From the NCBI GenBank assembly GCA_017504805.1, contig JAFVQN010000136.1:4890-68889 (forward strand): 64,000 nucleotides of DNA, written 5' to 3'. Below are positions 9,664 through 18,897 of the stretch, piece after piece. The translations under genes were made by a program, and so were the position numbers. How positions within the stretch are numbered: the stretch's first letter is position 1; each line of letters begins with the position of its first letter. Under the pieces are notes generated by a model that had not been told where the DNA came from, searched no databases, and saw only the letters and a list, made by a program, of their open reading frames with translations. Source of the DNA: Akkermansia sp. (GTDB lineage Bacteria > Verrucomicrobiota > Verrucomicrobiia > Verrucomicrobiales > Akkermansiaceae).

Positions 9664-10205
9664 AATTTGTTCTGGTGCTTTGAGGTGGATTTTCTGGTGG
9701 AACAACTCGATGGTTGAGACTGGTAATCAGCAGGCGGTGAATCGGGTTCCAGCTTGCCTTCATCAGTTAACTGGAAGGGAAATTCGATGATGCCGTCGCG
9801 GGTGATATAGGGGAATGCTTCCTCCGGATTGGCCCCGTTATTCAGAGCCTCCATGGCGCTGCGGCAGCCATTGATGAAGAAATCTGCAAGCGCAATGCCC
9901 CGATCAACCGCTTCCTTGATTTTGTTGAGCTGGTCCCGGGCATTTATCATCATTTCGAGTCTCTGCGGAAGCGTGGCCACGCCTTCTCGCGTTACGTCCA
10001 TGAACGCTTTAATCTGGGGCAGGGTCATGCCGGCCTGTTTCATGCACAGAACACCGAGAAGACAGCCCATGCTGGCCTCTCCATAAACGCGTCGTCCAGA
10101 TTCCGTTCGCTCCACGTAGCGGAGCAGCCCTTCTTTTTCGTAATAGCGAAGAGTATGAATGGACAGACCGGTTTTACGGGACAATGCTGAAATGCTATAT
10201 TTCAT
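9660..10205 (-). CDS. MerR-family transcriptional regulator
   Basis: YSISALSRKTGLSIHTLRYYEKEGLL...RTESGRRVY...GMTLPQIK HTH. Confidence 0.92.
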   Translation of the reverse strand: MKYSISALSRKTGLSIHTLRYYEKEGLLRYVERTESGRRVYGEASMGCLLGVLCMKQAGMTLPQIKAFMDVTREGVATLPQRLEMMINARDQLNKIKEAVDRGIALADFFINGCRSAMEALNNGANPEEAFPYITRDGIIEFPFQLTDEGKLEPDSPPADYQSQPSSCSTRKSTSKHQNKL

Positions 10206-10394
10206 GTCAATTGTATTATAGAGACAGGGTCGGGACATTCTGCCACAACTCCAGACCCCGGTCAAGTATAATGTGAGACGCAGAATGTGGCAATTTGTTC
10301 ACAAAAGAAACAATTTTCCGCGTTGGGAGAAGGTTGAGGATGGATTCCGGGATTGACATTCCGACCCATTCTGGCAGAATAGTGCAAGAGAGAT

Positions 10395-12305
10395 ATGAGT
10401 ACGTACGGCTATTACCGCCTGGCTGCTGTGACCCCGCGGGTGAAAGTGGCAGATGTTGCATTCAATACAGAAGAGATAATAAACGCCATGAAACAGGCTG
10501 TCCGGGGCGGTGCTCAGGCAGTGGTGTTTCCGGAGCTGTGCCTCACCGGGGTAAGCTGTGGTGATTTGTTCTTCCTGGCGCACTTGAGGCAGGCTGCGCT
10601 GCGTGGGCTTGCCCGTTTTGCCGCAGAGACCGCTCGTCTGGACGCGGTCGCAATCGTGGGGCTTCCGCTGCTAGTTGGGGAAGGTGTGTATAATGTCGCG
10701 GCCGTGGTGCGCCGCGGTCGTGTACTTGGCCTTGTGCCGAAATCGGTGCTGCCCAACTGTCGCGACGCGTACGAGAAGCGGCAGTTCCGGCCTGCTGGTG
10801 ACTTGCGCGTGAACGTTGTAGAGCTGCCTGGGGTTGGTTCACTACCTATCGGCACCGACCTCGTGTTCCGGGATGATGAGGATTTCAGTTTCTGCGTAGA
10901 GCTGGCGGACGATTTGTGGTCTGTTATTCCCCCGAGCAGCCGCCTGGCGTTGCAAGGAGCCCGGGTTATCTTTAATCCCGGGGCATGCACAGCCTGTGCA
11001 GGAGCCGCAGATTATTGCCGGAGCCTTGTGCAGCAGCAGAGCGCCCGGTGCCTTGCGGCGTACGTGTATACGTCTGCCGGTGTGGGGGAAAGTACGCAGG
11101 ACGTCGTGTACGGCGGTCAGGTGGTGATTGCTGATAACGGACGACTGGCCGCGGCCCCGCCACTGTTCTCCCGCGAGACGCAGATAACCTATGCTGATGT
11201 GGACATGCAGCGCCTCGCTGCAGCCCGCAGCAGTGAAAGCAGCTACAACGACTGCTGCGCTGCGCTTCCCTGCGCCCGCCAGATTTCAATCGGGCATTTT
11301 GAAAGCCGCTGCGACCTTGCCTATGCCTGGTTGCCGTCCCGCCCGTTTATCCCAGCCGCTTCCGAACGCGCCGCCCGGTGCGAGGAAATCCTCAATATTC
11401 AGGCGGCCGCCTTGGCGAAACGAGTCGAGCACACACATGCCCGCACGCTGGTGATTGGTATTTCCGGCGGTCTGGACAGCACGCTGGCGCTGATGGTGTG
11501 TGTCCGCGCCTGCAAGCTTCTGAACCTGCCGAGCAGTACTATTCTGGCGGTCACGATGCCGGGATTCGGAACCACCGGACGCACCTATCAGAATGCTGTG
11601 GCCATGATGCGTCTGCTGGGGGTCACCCTCAAGGAGGTGAATATCAAGGAAGCCTGCCTGCTTCATTTTCAGGACCTCGAGTTTGACCCCGCCTTGCGTA
11701 CCAGTACATACGAGAACGTGCAGGCACGCGAGCGCACCAGCATTCTCATGAATCTGGCCAATAAGACCGGGGGCATGGTGGTAGGCACAGGAGATCTCTC
11801 CGAAATCGCCCTGGGCTGGTCTACCTACAATGGAGACCACATGAGCATGTATGCGGTAAATTGCTCCGTACCCAAGACGCTCATCCGTTGTCTGCTTTCC
11901 TATGAGGCGGAGCACTGTTCGCGCGAACTGGCAGAAACGATACAGGACGTGATTGATACACCCGTGAGCCCCGAACTCCTGCCACCCGCGGATGATGGCA
12001 GCATGGAGCAGAAAACCGAGGATATACTCGGCCCGTATGACCTGCACGACTTCTTCCTTTACCACTTCATCAAATATGGAGCAGAACCGACCAAGCTGCG
12101 CGTGCTGGCTCAGGTGGCCTTTGCCGGTGAATATTCGGAGCAGCTGATTGGCCGCACGCTCGAAACCTTCCTCCGCCGCTTCTTCCAGCAGCAGTTCAAA
12201 CGCAGCTGTGTGCCGGATGGTCCGAAGGTGGGCTGCATCGCGCTTTCGCCGCGTGGTGACTGGCGCATGCCGACTGACGCCTGCGGGGAGTTGTGGAAAC
12301 CTTGA
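10395..12305 (+). CDS. nadE: NAD+ synthetase, two-domain (glutamine-dependent type)
   Basis: Nitrilase-like N-domain (FPELCLTG); synthetase IGISGGLDST, ENVQARERT, GTGDLSE, QQFKRSCVPDGPKVG. Confidence 0.95.
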   Translation: MSTYGYYRLAAVTPRVKVADVAFNTEEIINAMKQAVRGGAQAVVFPELCLTGVSCGDLFFLAHLRQAALRGLARFAAETARLDAVAIVGLPLLVGEGVYNVAAVVRRGRVLGLVPKSVLPNCRDAYEKRQFRPAGDLRVNVVELPGVGSLPIGTDLVFRDDEDFSFCVELADDLWSVIPPSSRLALQGARVIFNPGACTACAGAADYCRSLVQQQSARCLAAYVYTSAGVGESTQDVVYGGQVVIADNGRLAAAPPLFSRETQITYADVDMQRLAAARSSESSYNDCCAALPCARQISIGHFESRCDLAYAWLPSRPFIPAASERAARCEEILNIQAAALAKRVEHTHARTLVIGISGGLDSTLALMVCVRACKLLNLPSSTILAVTMPGFGTTGRTYQNAVAMMRLLGVTLKEVNIKEACLLHFQDLEFDPALRTSTYENVQARERTSILMNLANKTGGMVVGTGDLSEIALGWSTYNGDHMSMYAVNCSVPKTLIRCLLSYEAEHCSRELAETIQDVIDTPVSPELLPPADDGSMEQKTEDILGPYDLHDFFLYHFIKYGAEPTKLRVLAQVAFAGEYSEQLIGRTLETFLRRFFQQQFKRSCVPDGPKVGCIALSPRGDWRMPTDACGELWKP

Positions 12306-12336
12306 CATTGCGATAATCTTCTGCTAATCTACAACC

Positions 12337-12660
12337 ATGAAACGCGTTGAACAAGCTCTTGCCACATTCCGCCAGAAACCGTACATGTACAACTGCGCCC
12401 AGACGGTGTGTGCGGCGTTCGGTCGTGAGGATCTGATTGAACCCATGGCCTGCTGTGGTGGAGGCAGAGCCCCGGAGGGAACCTGTGGTGCCCTGTATGG
12501 CGCCATGCAGGTGGCTCCAGAGAAATCTGCTGCCATTCTGGCCGCGTTTTCCGCTGCGAACGGCTCGACTCTCTGCCGCGAGCTGAAGGGCGCCAATCGC
12601 GTGCCTTGCCAGGAATGCGTGCGCCTGGCTGCCACGCTTCTTGTGGAGCAGGGACTGTGA
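12337..12660 (+). CDS. C-GCAxxG-C-C family putative redox protein
   Basis: YNCAQTV, GTCGALYGA, GSTLCRELK, CQECV. Confidence 0.85.
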   Translation: MKRVEQALATFRQKPYMYNCAQTVCAAFGREDLIEPMACCGGGRAPEGTCGALYGAMQVAPEKSAAILAAFSAANGSTLCRELKGANRVPCQECVRLAATLLVEQGL

Positions 12661-12679
12661 CCTGTTGATTCAGATTTCT

Positions 12680-12716
12680 GCTCAGGGGGGAACGCAGTAC
12701 CGCCCCTGAGCTTTTT
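12680..12716 (+). terminator. Intrinsic terminator
   Basis: GCTCAGGGG...CCCCTGAGC followed by TTTTT. Confidence 0.75.
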
Positions 12717-12756
12717 GTTGCAGTATGAATCACTCTGTGCTACACCACGGGGTGTT

Positions 12757-15246
12757 ATGCAAGAAATACCCATTGTATTAGGCTTTACAGCTGGTGAGTT
12801 GTCGCCCTGGCTTTCTACCCGCTTTGATTTGCAGGCGTATCAGCGCGGAGCTGCCCTCATTTCCAATTTCAGAATACAACCGTACGGTGGCCTGGAAGTG
12901 CGACGCGGCACGCAGTTTATGTGCAAGAGACCGGCAGGCCCCATACGTCTTTTCCCGTTCTGTTACGCGGAGAATGATGCCCTGCTTCTGGAGTTCTTTT
13001 CCGGTGGTATGCGGGTGTACAGGGAGGGGACCCCGGTGCAGACTGATACGGGAAGCGATTATACGCTCACAACACCATGGCTGACTGAGGAGCAGCTGGC
13101 TTCTTTGCATTTCACTCAGGTGAATGATGCCATCTACGTATGCAGCCCCAGTTATCCTCCGGTGGTGATTTACCGCTATGCGAATAATAAGTGGCGGTGT
13201 GAGCAGCCGGTGTTTGAAACTTACCCGCGAGAGACTCATGCCGCACAGAACGGACGCCTGACTGTGCTTTTTGAAAGGGGGGGGCTTTATGCCAACCTGA
13301 GCCTGGAGGGGAGTTCTCAGGAGTTTTCGGCGGATATGGCTGATTCAGAAATACTTCTGGCGGATGCTACTATTCCTGGCAGAACGCTCTTTGCCAATGA
13401 AATCCAGAAAACCGGTACGGTCGCAACGCCGGATTTGAGCACTTCATCCATTGCCCGGCACGCACTTCTGCACCAGCGTGATGATACCACCGGCATGTAT
13501 CATTTTTACCGATGTATCCGGGCGTACGCCCCGTCTGCCTTTAATGGAAGCACGAAACTGAGCGATTACCCTCACTATTTCCAGCCCGGTATCATGCGCC
13601 TGGATTCCAGCATGGTGCCGTATGAAGTAGTCAGTGACTGGGAGTTGACCACGTCCGGGACCTGGAACGGCCACTGGGAATTGTGGCGCAGTTACGATAC
13701 GCCGGATGATGAACCTGATTTCCACCTCTGGAACTGGACCTGTATTAAAAGTTTTTCGCAGTCTGATTATGAGAATCGTCAGAATTGGGCGATTTCCGGT
13801 TCTGAGTCACGGCCGTGTCGTCTCGTGCTGGTTTGCCGGTGCAGCACTGACCCTGAGGTGCTGGGGGCGATGGTTCAATTCAGGGTACTTGGAGGTCAGC
13901 GTGAGTACAAGTTTGTGATTAGTTCTGTGATCGATGCGCAGCATGCCCGCGCTCGCGTTCTGCGAACGTATCTGGGAACTCCCGTGAGCTTCTCTACGAA
14001 TCTATGGAGCTTTGGCGCTTTCGGCGTGCGAAACGGGTATCCGGCGTTTTCTGCTTTTTTTCAGGGCCGTCTCTGGCTGGGTGGCATGCCCGGTCTGCCC
14101 ACGACTCTGCTGGCCAGCGTCATTGATGATTTCCATAACTTCCGGACTGGTTCGGATGATGATGCCGCGTTGCATCTGAGTATAGTGGATAGTGACCAGA
14201 GCCGCATCTGTTGGTTATGTGCGACGCGGCAGCTGCTGGTGGGGACATCGGACAGTGAGTGGGTTCTTGTTTCAGCCAATGATTCTATCCTGACTCCCAC
14301 TTCTGTGGCTTTCCGCCGGCAGTCTTCCGTAGGCAGCGAAGGAATGTCCGCCCGGGCTGTGGAGAATACGGTGCTGTTTGTCCAGCGTGGTGGCAAACGC
14401 ATGCGCGAGATTGCGTACCGACTGGAATCGGATGGCTTTTCTGCTACAGATATCAGCATGCTGGCCGAGCATTTGTTTGCCTCCGGAGTCAAGGACTGGT
14501 GTGTGCAGCGCGGGTCCAATGTCAATGTCTGGGTGCTGATGAATGACGGTTCCGTGGCAGTGCTGACCATTAATATGGAGCAGCAGGTTACTGCATGGCA
14601 GAGAGTCGTGTTCGAAGGACGGGAGGTCCTGCAGATGGCCGCCTTGCAGAGTTCTGCCGGCCAGGATGATGAAATGTGGTTTGCTTTCCGCATCATTTCC
14701 AATAATAATGTCTCGCTGGAACGGATGCGTGATACATCACTCCATCTGGACAGCTATGAGGAAGTCGACGCTCTCAAGAACATGGAACTCAAATGCTCGT
14801 ATCACCTGGCCGGCACGATAATCATGATTCTTGATGCCGAAACTGGTGAAGGCGGTAGGAGTTACGCCACAGCTGGCGGATTGCGGGGCATTCCCTTCGT
14901 GATAAAAGGACGCCGCTACAAGGTGGGTATTCCCATTGAAGCAAACTTGCAGACGATGCCCCTGGAGGGGGCAAATAGCTTTAACTCCGTGAGGCAGTTC
15001 AGCCGATTCAAACTCCGCCTGTTGTCCAGTGACTTGAATTTTGAGTTCCGCAGCACGGCTTCCGACGCGTGGGAACACTTTCTGCCGGAGCATGCTCCCT
15101 GCGCCTCAGTCCCATACACTGGGGCTTTGAGACTGGCGCAGATGCCTGATGCCGATGTGGGCCAATCGCTCTGCCTGCGTTATTCAGCAGGTGGTGATTT
15201 CCGCCTGCTTGCCATCACGCAGGAGGTGGACCACCACGGTAAATGA
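12757..15246 (+). CDS. Phage tail tubular protein B / nozzle-like protein (podovirus type), solitary
   Basis: N-terminal FTAGELSPWL..RFDLQAYQRGA..ISNF..QPYGGL..RRGTQF; central WSFGAF...GYP...FFQGRLWLGG, DDFHNF..GSDDD, LLVGTSDSEW, VLFVQRGGKRMRE, EQQVTAW; C-terminal HLAG...VGIPIEANLQTMPLE; recognised from memory of the family, no search run. Confidence 0.8.
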   Translation: MQEIPIVLGFTAGELSPWLSTRFDLQAYQRGAALISNFRIQPYGGLEVRRGTQFMCKRPAGPIRLFPFCYAENDALLLEFFSGGMRVYREGTPVQTDTGSDYTLTTPWLTEEQLASLHFTQVNDAIYVCSPSYPPVVIYRYANNKWRCEQPVFETYPRETHAAQNGRLTVLFERGGLYANLSLEGSSQEFSADMADSEILLADATIPGRTLFANEIQKTGTVATPDLSTSSIARHALLHQRDDTTGMYHFYRCIRAYAPSAFNGSTKLSDYPHYFQPGIMRLDSSMVPYEVVSDWELTTSGTWNGHWELWRSYDTPDDEPDFHLWNWTCIKSFSQSDYENRQNWAISGSESRPCRLVLVCRCSTDPEVLGAMVQFRVLGGQREYKFVISSVIDAQHARARVLRTYLGTPVSFSTNLWSFGAFGVRNGYPAFSAFFQGRLWLGGMPGLPTTLLASVIDDFHNFRTGSDDDAALHLSIVDSDQSRICWLCATRQLLVGTSDSEWVLVSANDSILTPTSVAFRRQSSVGSEGMSARAVENTVLFVQRGGKRMREIAYRLESDGFSATDISMLAEHLFASGVKDWCVQRGSNVNVWVLMNDGSVAVLTINMEQQVTAWQRVVFEGREVLQMAALQSSAGQDDEMWFAFRIISNNNVSLERMRDTSLHLDSYEEVDALKNMELKCSYHLAGTIIMILDAETGEGGRSYATAGGLRGIPFVIKGRRYKVGIPIEANLQTMPLEGANSFNSVRQFSRFKLRLLSSDLNFEFRSTASDAWEHFLPEHAPCASVPYTGALRLAQMPDADVGQSLCLRYSAGGDFRLLAITQEVDHHGK

Positions 15247-15249
15247 CGC

Positions 15250-16617
15250 TTATTCGAGCGTAACAGGCCTGCCGGGTTCGGGAACCACGATTTCCGAATC
15301 CGGCATGAGCCTTTCCAACTCCTTGCGCATGGATTCCACTGCAGGCGGATCTCCATGCACCAGAAGCACTTTGCGCGGGTGGAGGCGGCACGCATAATCA
15401 ATGAGCGCCTGCCGTGTGGCGTGTCCGGAGAAATCGAAGCACTCCACGCGGCACTTGAGCGGATAGGCTTGTCCGCCTTTTTCCCGCAGATGCACCATTT
15501 CGCTGTGATGGGCGGCTTTGATTTTACCTGCCGGTGTTTCCGGGTCGCTGTAACCGACAAAGAGGATAGCATCGTCCGGGTGCGTGATAATCTGTTCTGC
15601 CAGGGTGTGTGATACGGTATGTTCACTCATCATGCCGCTGGAAACAAGGTAGATATTGCCAGGGGAGGCCACGAGCGGCGCGGTACCCTGGCGGGGGAGG
15701 CCGTGGGTTTCGACATGTTCCTTGATTCGGAACCCGGGCATGAGTCGCGGCGTACTGTCGGCCAGTTTGTCGTACACTGCGGTGATTTTGGAACTCAGAC
15801 CACCGAAGTAGATGGGGACATCAGGGATGAGGCCCTGCTCCTTGAAACGGCCGATTTCGGTAAGCAGGCATTGGCTTTTGCCCAGAGCGAAGACGGGGAT
15901 GAGGACTGCACCGTTGTTTTCCAGCACCTCGCGGATGGTGTCGGCAAAGCGCCGCAGTTCCTTTTCGCGGGTGTAGGCGGCATCGCGCTCTATGCATCCA
16001 TGCGTGCTTTCCATGATGAGCACATCAATGCCGCTTTCAGGGAAATCCGCTCCGGCGATGAGGGTCTGGTTATCAAATTGTACGTCCCCGGTATAGAGGA
16101 TGGTTGTGCCGCTTTCACTTTCCAGCTCCACTCCGCAGCTGCCCAGAATATGGCCGGCATCGTGCAGTGTGGCGAGCACCCGCCCGCTGCGTCCGATGCG
16201 GAAAGACTCGTTGTATGCCCGGGGCATCCAGCAGCGGGCTGCATGGTCCAGCTCTGCATGTGTGTAGAAGGGGTATTCGATGATGCCATCCTGCGTGCGC
16301 TTGGCAGTCATCACGTTGACGGAGTTGTGCAGCATGGCCAGGCCGACCTCGCAGGTGGCTGCAGTCATGATGACTTCTGCCGATGGGTACTTATCCTGCA
16401 GCAAGGGAAGGGTGCCTATGTGGTCAAGGTGCGAGTGCGTTACGAAGATGGTATCTGGATCGGCCGCGCCAATGAGGTTGAATTCGGGCGTCGCCTCAGC
16501 TCCGTCCTTTTTCGGGTGCATGCCTGAATCCAGGATGATGCGCACACCATACATATCGAGCAGATAGCAATTCGAGCCGATATCGGTGTGGCGGGAAAGA
16601 TTGGTGAAACTAATCAT
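15250..16617 (-). CDS. MBL-fold beta-CASP ribonuclease
   Basis: THSHLDHIG, AGHILGS, YTGD, FSGHA, VHGD motifs. Confidence 0.9.
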   Translation of the reverse strand: MISFTNLSRHTDIGSNCYLLDMYGVRIILDSGMHPKKDGAEATPEFNLIGAADPDTIFVTHSHLDHIGTLPLLQDKYPSAEVIMTAATCEVGLAMLHNSVNVMTAKRTQDGIIEYPFYTHAELDHAARCWMPRAYNESFRIGRSGRVLATLHDAGHILGSCGVELESESGTTILYTGDVQFDNQTLIAGADFPESGIDVLIMESTHGCIERDAAYTREKELRRFADTIREVLENNGAVLIPVFALGKSQCLLTEIGRFKEQGLIPDVPIYFGGLSSKITAVYDKLADSTPRLMPGFRIKEHVETHGLPRQGTAPLVASPGNIYLVSSGMMSEHTVSHTLAEQIITHPDDAILFVGYSDPETPAGKIKAAHHSEMVHLREKGGQAYPLKCRVECFDFSGHATRQALIDYACRLHPRKVLLVHGDPPAVESMRKELERLMPDSEIVVPEPGRPVTLE

Positions 16618-16666
16618 TTGCGGAGCAGAGAGTACACCATTTCAGTGCTTATGTCAATGCTCGCCT

Positions 16667-17785
16667 TTATTCGGTGCTTCCGCGGCAGAGTGAGGAACAG
16701 AGCTCTGCAATGCTGCGTATGGTATCGCCAAGCCGATAGGGATATGGCAGAACTTCCTGCATGTGTGGGCGGTAGGCATGCCACTGCTCCAGACGGTCGG
16801 CAATGCCAGCTATATCGCCCGGAGCTACGCGCCCTTCCGGCAGGAAGGAATCAAGCAATTCTCCCACAGCGCCGTGGTCATAGCCGGCTACCGGGCATCC
16901 CAGAGCCAGCGCTTCCAGCACGACCCGGTCATGACATGCTGGGGCTTTGGCAAGGGAAAGTACAATGCCGCATTGGCACATCACATCCCGCAGGTCCGGG
17001 CGGAGGCCGACCCAGGAGATGTTTGCATCGACTCGGCTTTTCTTGTACAGCTGGCGCAGCCCGGCAAGGTATTTCTGGTCCGCCTTGGCTGTATCGCCAG
17101 CAATGTAGGCGCGTGCAGGAATTTTCGCAGCTGCGAGCCGTGCCAGGATGGGAGCCAGGTCTTCCAGACCGTGCATCGGGGTGATGGCTCCGGGCACACA
17201 GAATGTCAGGGTCCCATCCGGTGCGCCGTTCTGTCGCTCCCATTGTTCGACCCAGGCTGCAGATGGTGCATAGCCGGGGAAGCAGAGTTCCTCGTTCACA
17301 CCGTAGGGAATGACCCAGAGGTCCCGGCTGTCTTCATTCTGATTCACGCGCCTGGTCAGTTCATTACGTAAATGCCGGGAAATGGCGACAACAGCATTGC
17401 AGCGGTTCAGGCTGGCGGCCCAGCCCGGGTGCTTCGGGTAGGTGGTATGGATGCCGATGAGGCGTGGGCGTTCGTCTTCCGGCAGATGCTGGCAGACCCG
17501 CCAGGCGAGATTGGTGGCAGGAGTCGTGTAGGCCAGGATGACCTCTGCCCGGGTACTGCGCACAATCCGGCGCACCCGCTGGTATTCGTTCCAGTAGGTG
17601 AACAGCGCAATGTTGCGCGAACTATGGTGCTGCACGGAAGCTGCTGCCATGCGCCCGACCAGCTCGTTCGGCGGCGAGATGACTGTGTTGCGGAATCCAG
17701 ACTGCTGCAGCCCGCTTGCCAGGTCTGCTGCCAGCTGGTTGATTCCTCCGGGGCGCAGCCGCGGGCTGATGTGGAGCACATTCAT
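16667..17785 (-). CDS. GT4 glycosyltransferase-like protein (degenerate paralog of its neighbour)
   Basis: GT-B motifs GGINQ, LEALALGCPV; clearly similar to 17782-18897 but lacks the R/K/E donor-binding residues. Confidence 0.82.
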   Translation of the reverse strand: MNVLHISPRLRPGGINQLAADLASGLQQSGFRNTVISPPNELVGRMAAASVQHHSSRNIALFTYWNEYQRVRRIVRSTRAEVILAYTTPATNLAWRVCQHLPEDERPRLIGIHTTYPKHPGWAASLNRCNAVVAISRHLRNELTRRVNQNEDSRDLWVIPYGVNEELCFPGYAPSAAWVEQWERQNGAPDGTLTFCVPGAITPMHGLEDLAPILARLAAAKIPARAYIAGDTAKADQKYLAGLRQLYKKSRVDANISWVGLRPDLRDVMCQCGIVLSLAKAPACHDRVVLEALALGCPVAGYDHGAVGELLDSFLPEGRVAPGDIAGIADRLEQWHAYRPHMQEVLPYPYRLGDTIRSIAELCSSLCRGSTE

Positions 17786-18897
17786 GCCTTATCGGGTTTC
17801 AACTCGGTGTACAGCCGGATATGGGCCTGTATCATATTGTCCCTGCGGTAGGGGGCAGGCACGGGACTCATGGGGACGGGGCGTTCGGCGTACCATTTTT
17901 CCAGCAGCTTTGCCATAGCGTCCGGATTACATGCCGGAACCATGCCTTCCGGAAGGAAGAGCTCGAGCTGCTCTCCCACGCCACCGTGTTCGTAGCCGGC
18001 TACCGGACGCCCGAGCGCCAGCGCTTCGAGTGTTGTTTTGCCAAAGGATTCAGGCTGCAGCGTGAGGGAAAGAGTCACATCGCAGGCGCAGAGTACTTCT
18101 GCCAGATCACGGCGGTGCCCGGTCCAGGTTACGCAATCGCTCAGCCCGGACTTGGCAAAGGCTGCGGCCACTTCATCGCGGTAAGCTTCCTTGCCTTTCT
18201 TGGTCTCGCCCACGATGACCGCATGTGCCGGAATTCCCTTGCTGCGCAGATACGAAATGATGGGGATGAGATGCGGGGCTCCCTTCAGCCGGGTAATGCG
18301 CCCGGGCAGACACAGGGTGAACTTGCCGGCAAGTTCAGGATAATCCGCATGCCACTTGTCGAGCCATTCCTGGGATGGCTTGCGCTGTGGGTTGAATTGT
18401 GCCGTATCCACCGAGTTGGGAATGACAACAATGCTGCCCTCCGGGGTGCTGGGGTAATTTTCCAGGATATGCTGCCGCATGCAGCGCGACACTGCGATGA
18501 CCCGGTCTCCCCTGGCCATGATGGCTGAATAGGCATTGACTGAGTGGAATCCGTGGAAGGAGGAGACGATGGCCGGGCGTTCCTCTGCGGGAATGCGTCT
18601 GCAAGCCAGGTGACCCACCCAGGCCGGCACCCGAGAATGCAGGTGCAGAATGTCTGGCTGTTCCTCTCGGATGAGCCGCGCTGTGGCACCCACCTTCAGC
18701 AGGGTCATGAGGCTTTTCCTGCCTATGGGTCGCGTGATGTGGCGGGCTCCGCAGGCCTCGATGGCTGCTACCATGCTGCCGCCTGCGGAAACAACCACAT
18801 TCTCAACCCCTGCAGCGCACAGGCCGTCGCAGAGCTCAAGAACAACTTGTTCGACGCCCCCTGAACTAAGGGAGGGCAGCAGGTGCATTACTTTCAT
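17782..18897 (-). CDS. GT4 glycosyltransferase
   Basis: GGVEQ, HLHSRVPAW, GRITRLKG, ESFGKTTLEALALGRPV. Confidence 0.92.
   Translation of the reverse strand: MKVMHLLPSLSSGGVEQVVLELCDGLCAAGVENVVVSAGGSMVAAIEACGARHITRPIGRKSLMTLLKVGATARLIREEQPDILHLHSRVPAWVGHLACRRIPAEERPAIVSSFHGFHSVNAYSAIMARGDRVIAVSRCMRQHILENYPSTPEGSIVVIPNSVDTAQFNPQRKPSQEWLDKWHADYPELAGKFTLCLPGRITRLKGAPHLIPIISYLRSKGIPAHAVIVGETKKGKEAYRDEVAAAFAKSGLSDCVTWTGHRRDLAEVLCACDVTLSLTLQPESFGKTTLEALALGRPVAGYEHGGVGEQLELFLPEGMVPACNPDAMAKLLEKWYAERPVPMSPVPAPYRRDNMIQAHIRLYTELKPDKA

Noticed and set aside
12743-15239. 8-bp direct repeat CACCACGG near both ends of the phage tail gene
   Set aside because: Short, GC-rich and the second copy lies inside the coding sequence; chance is a sufficient explanation
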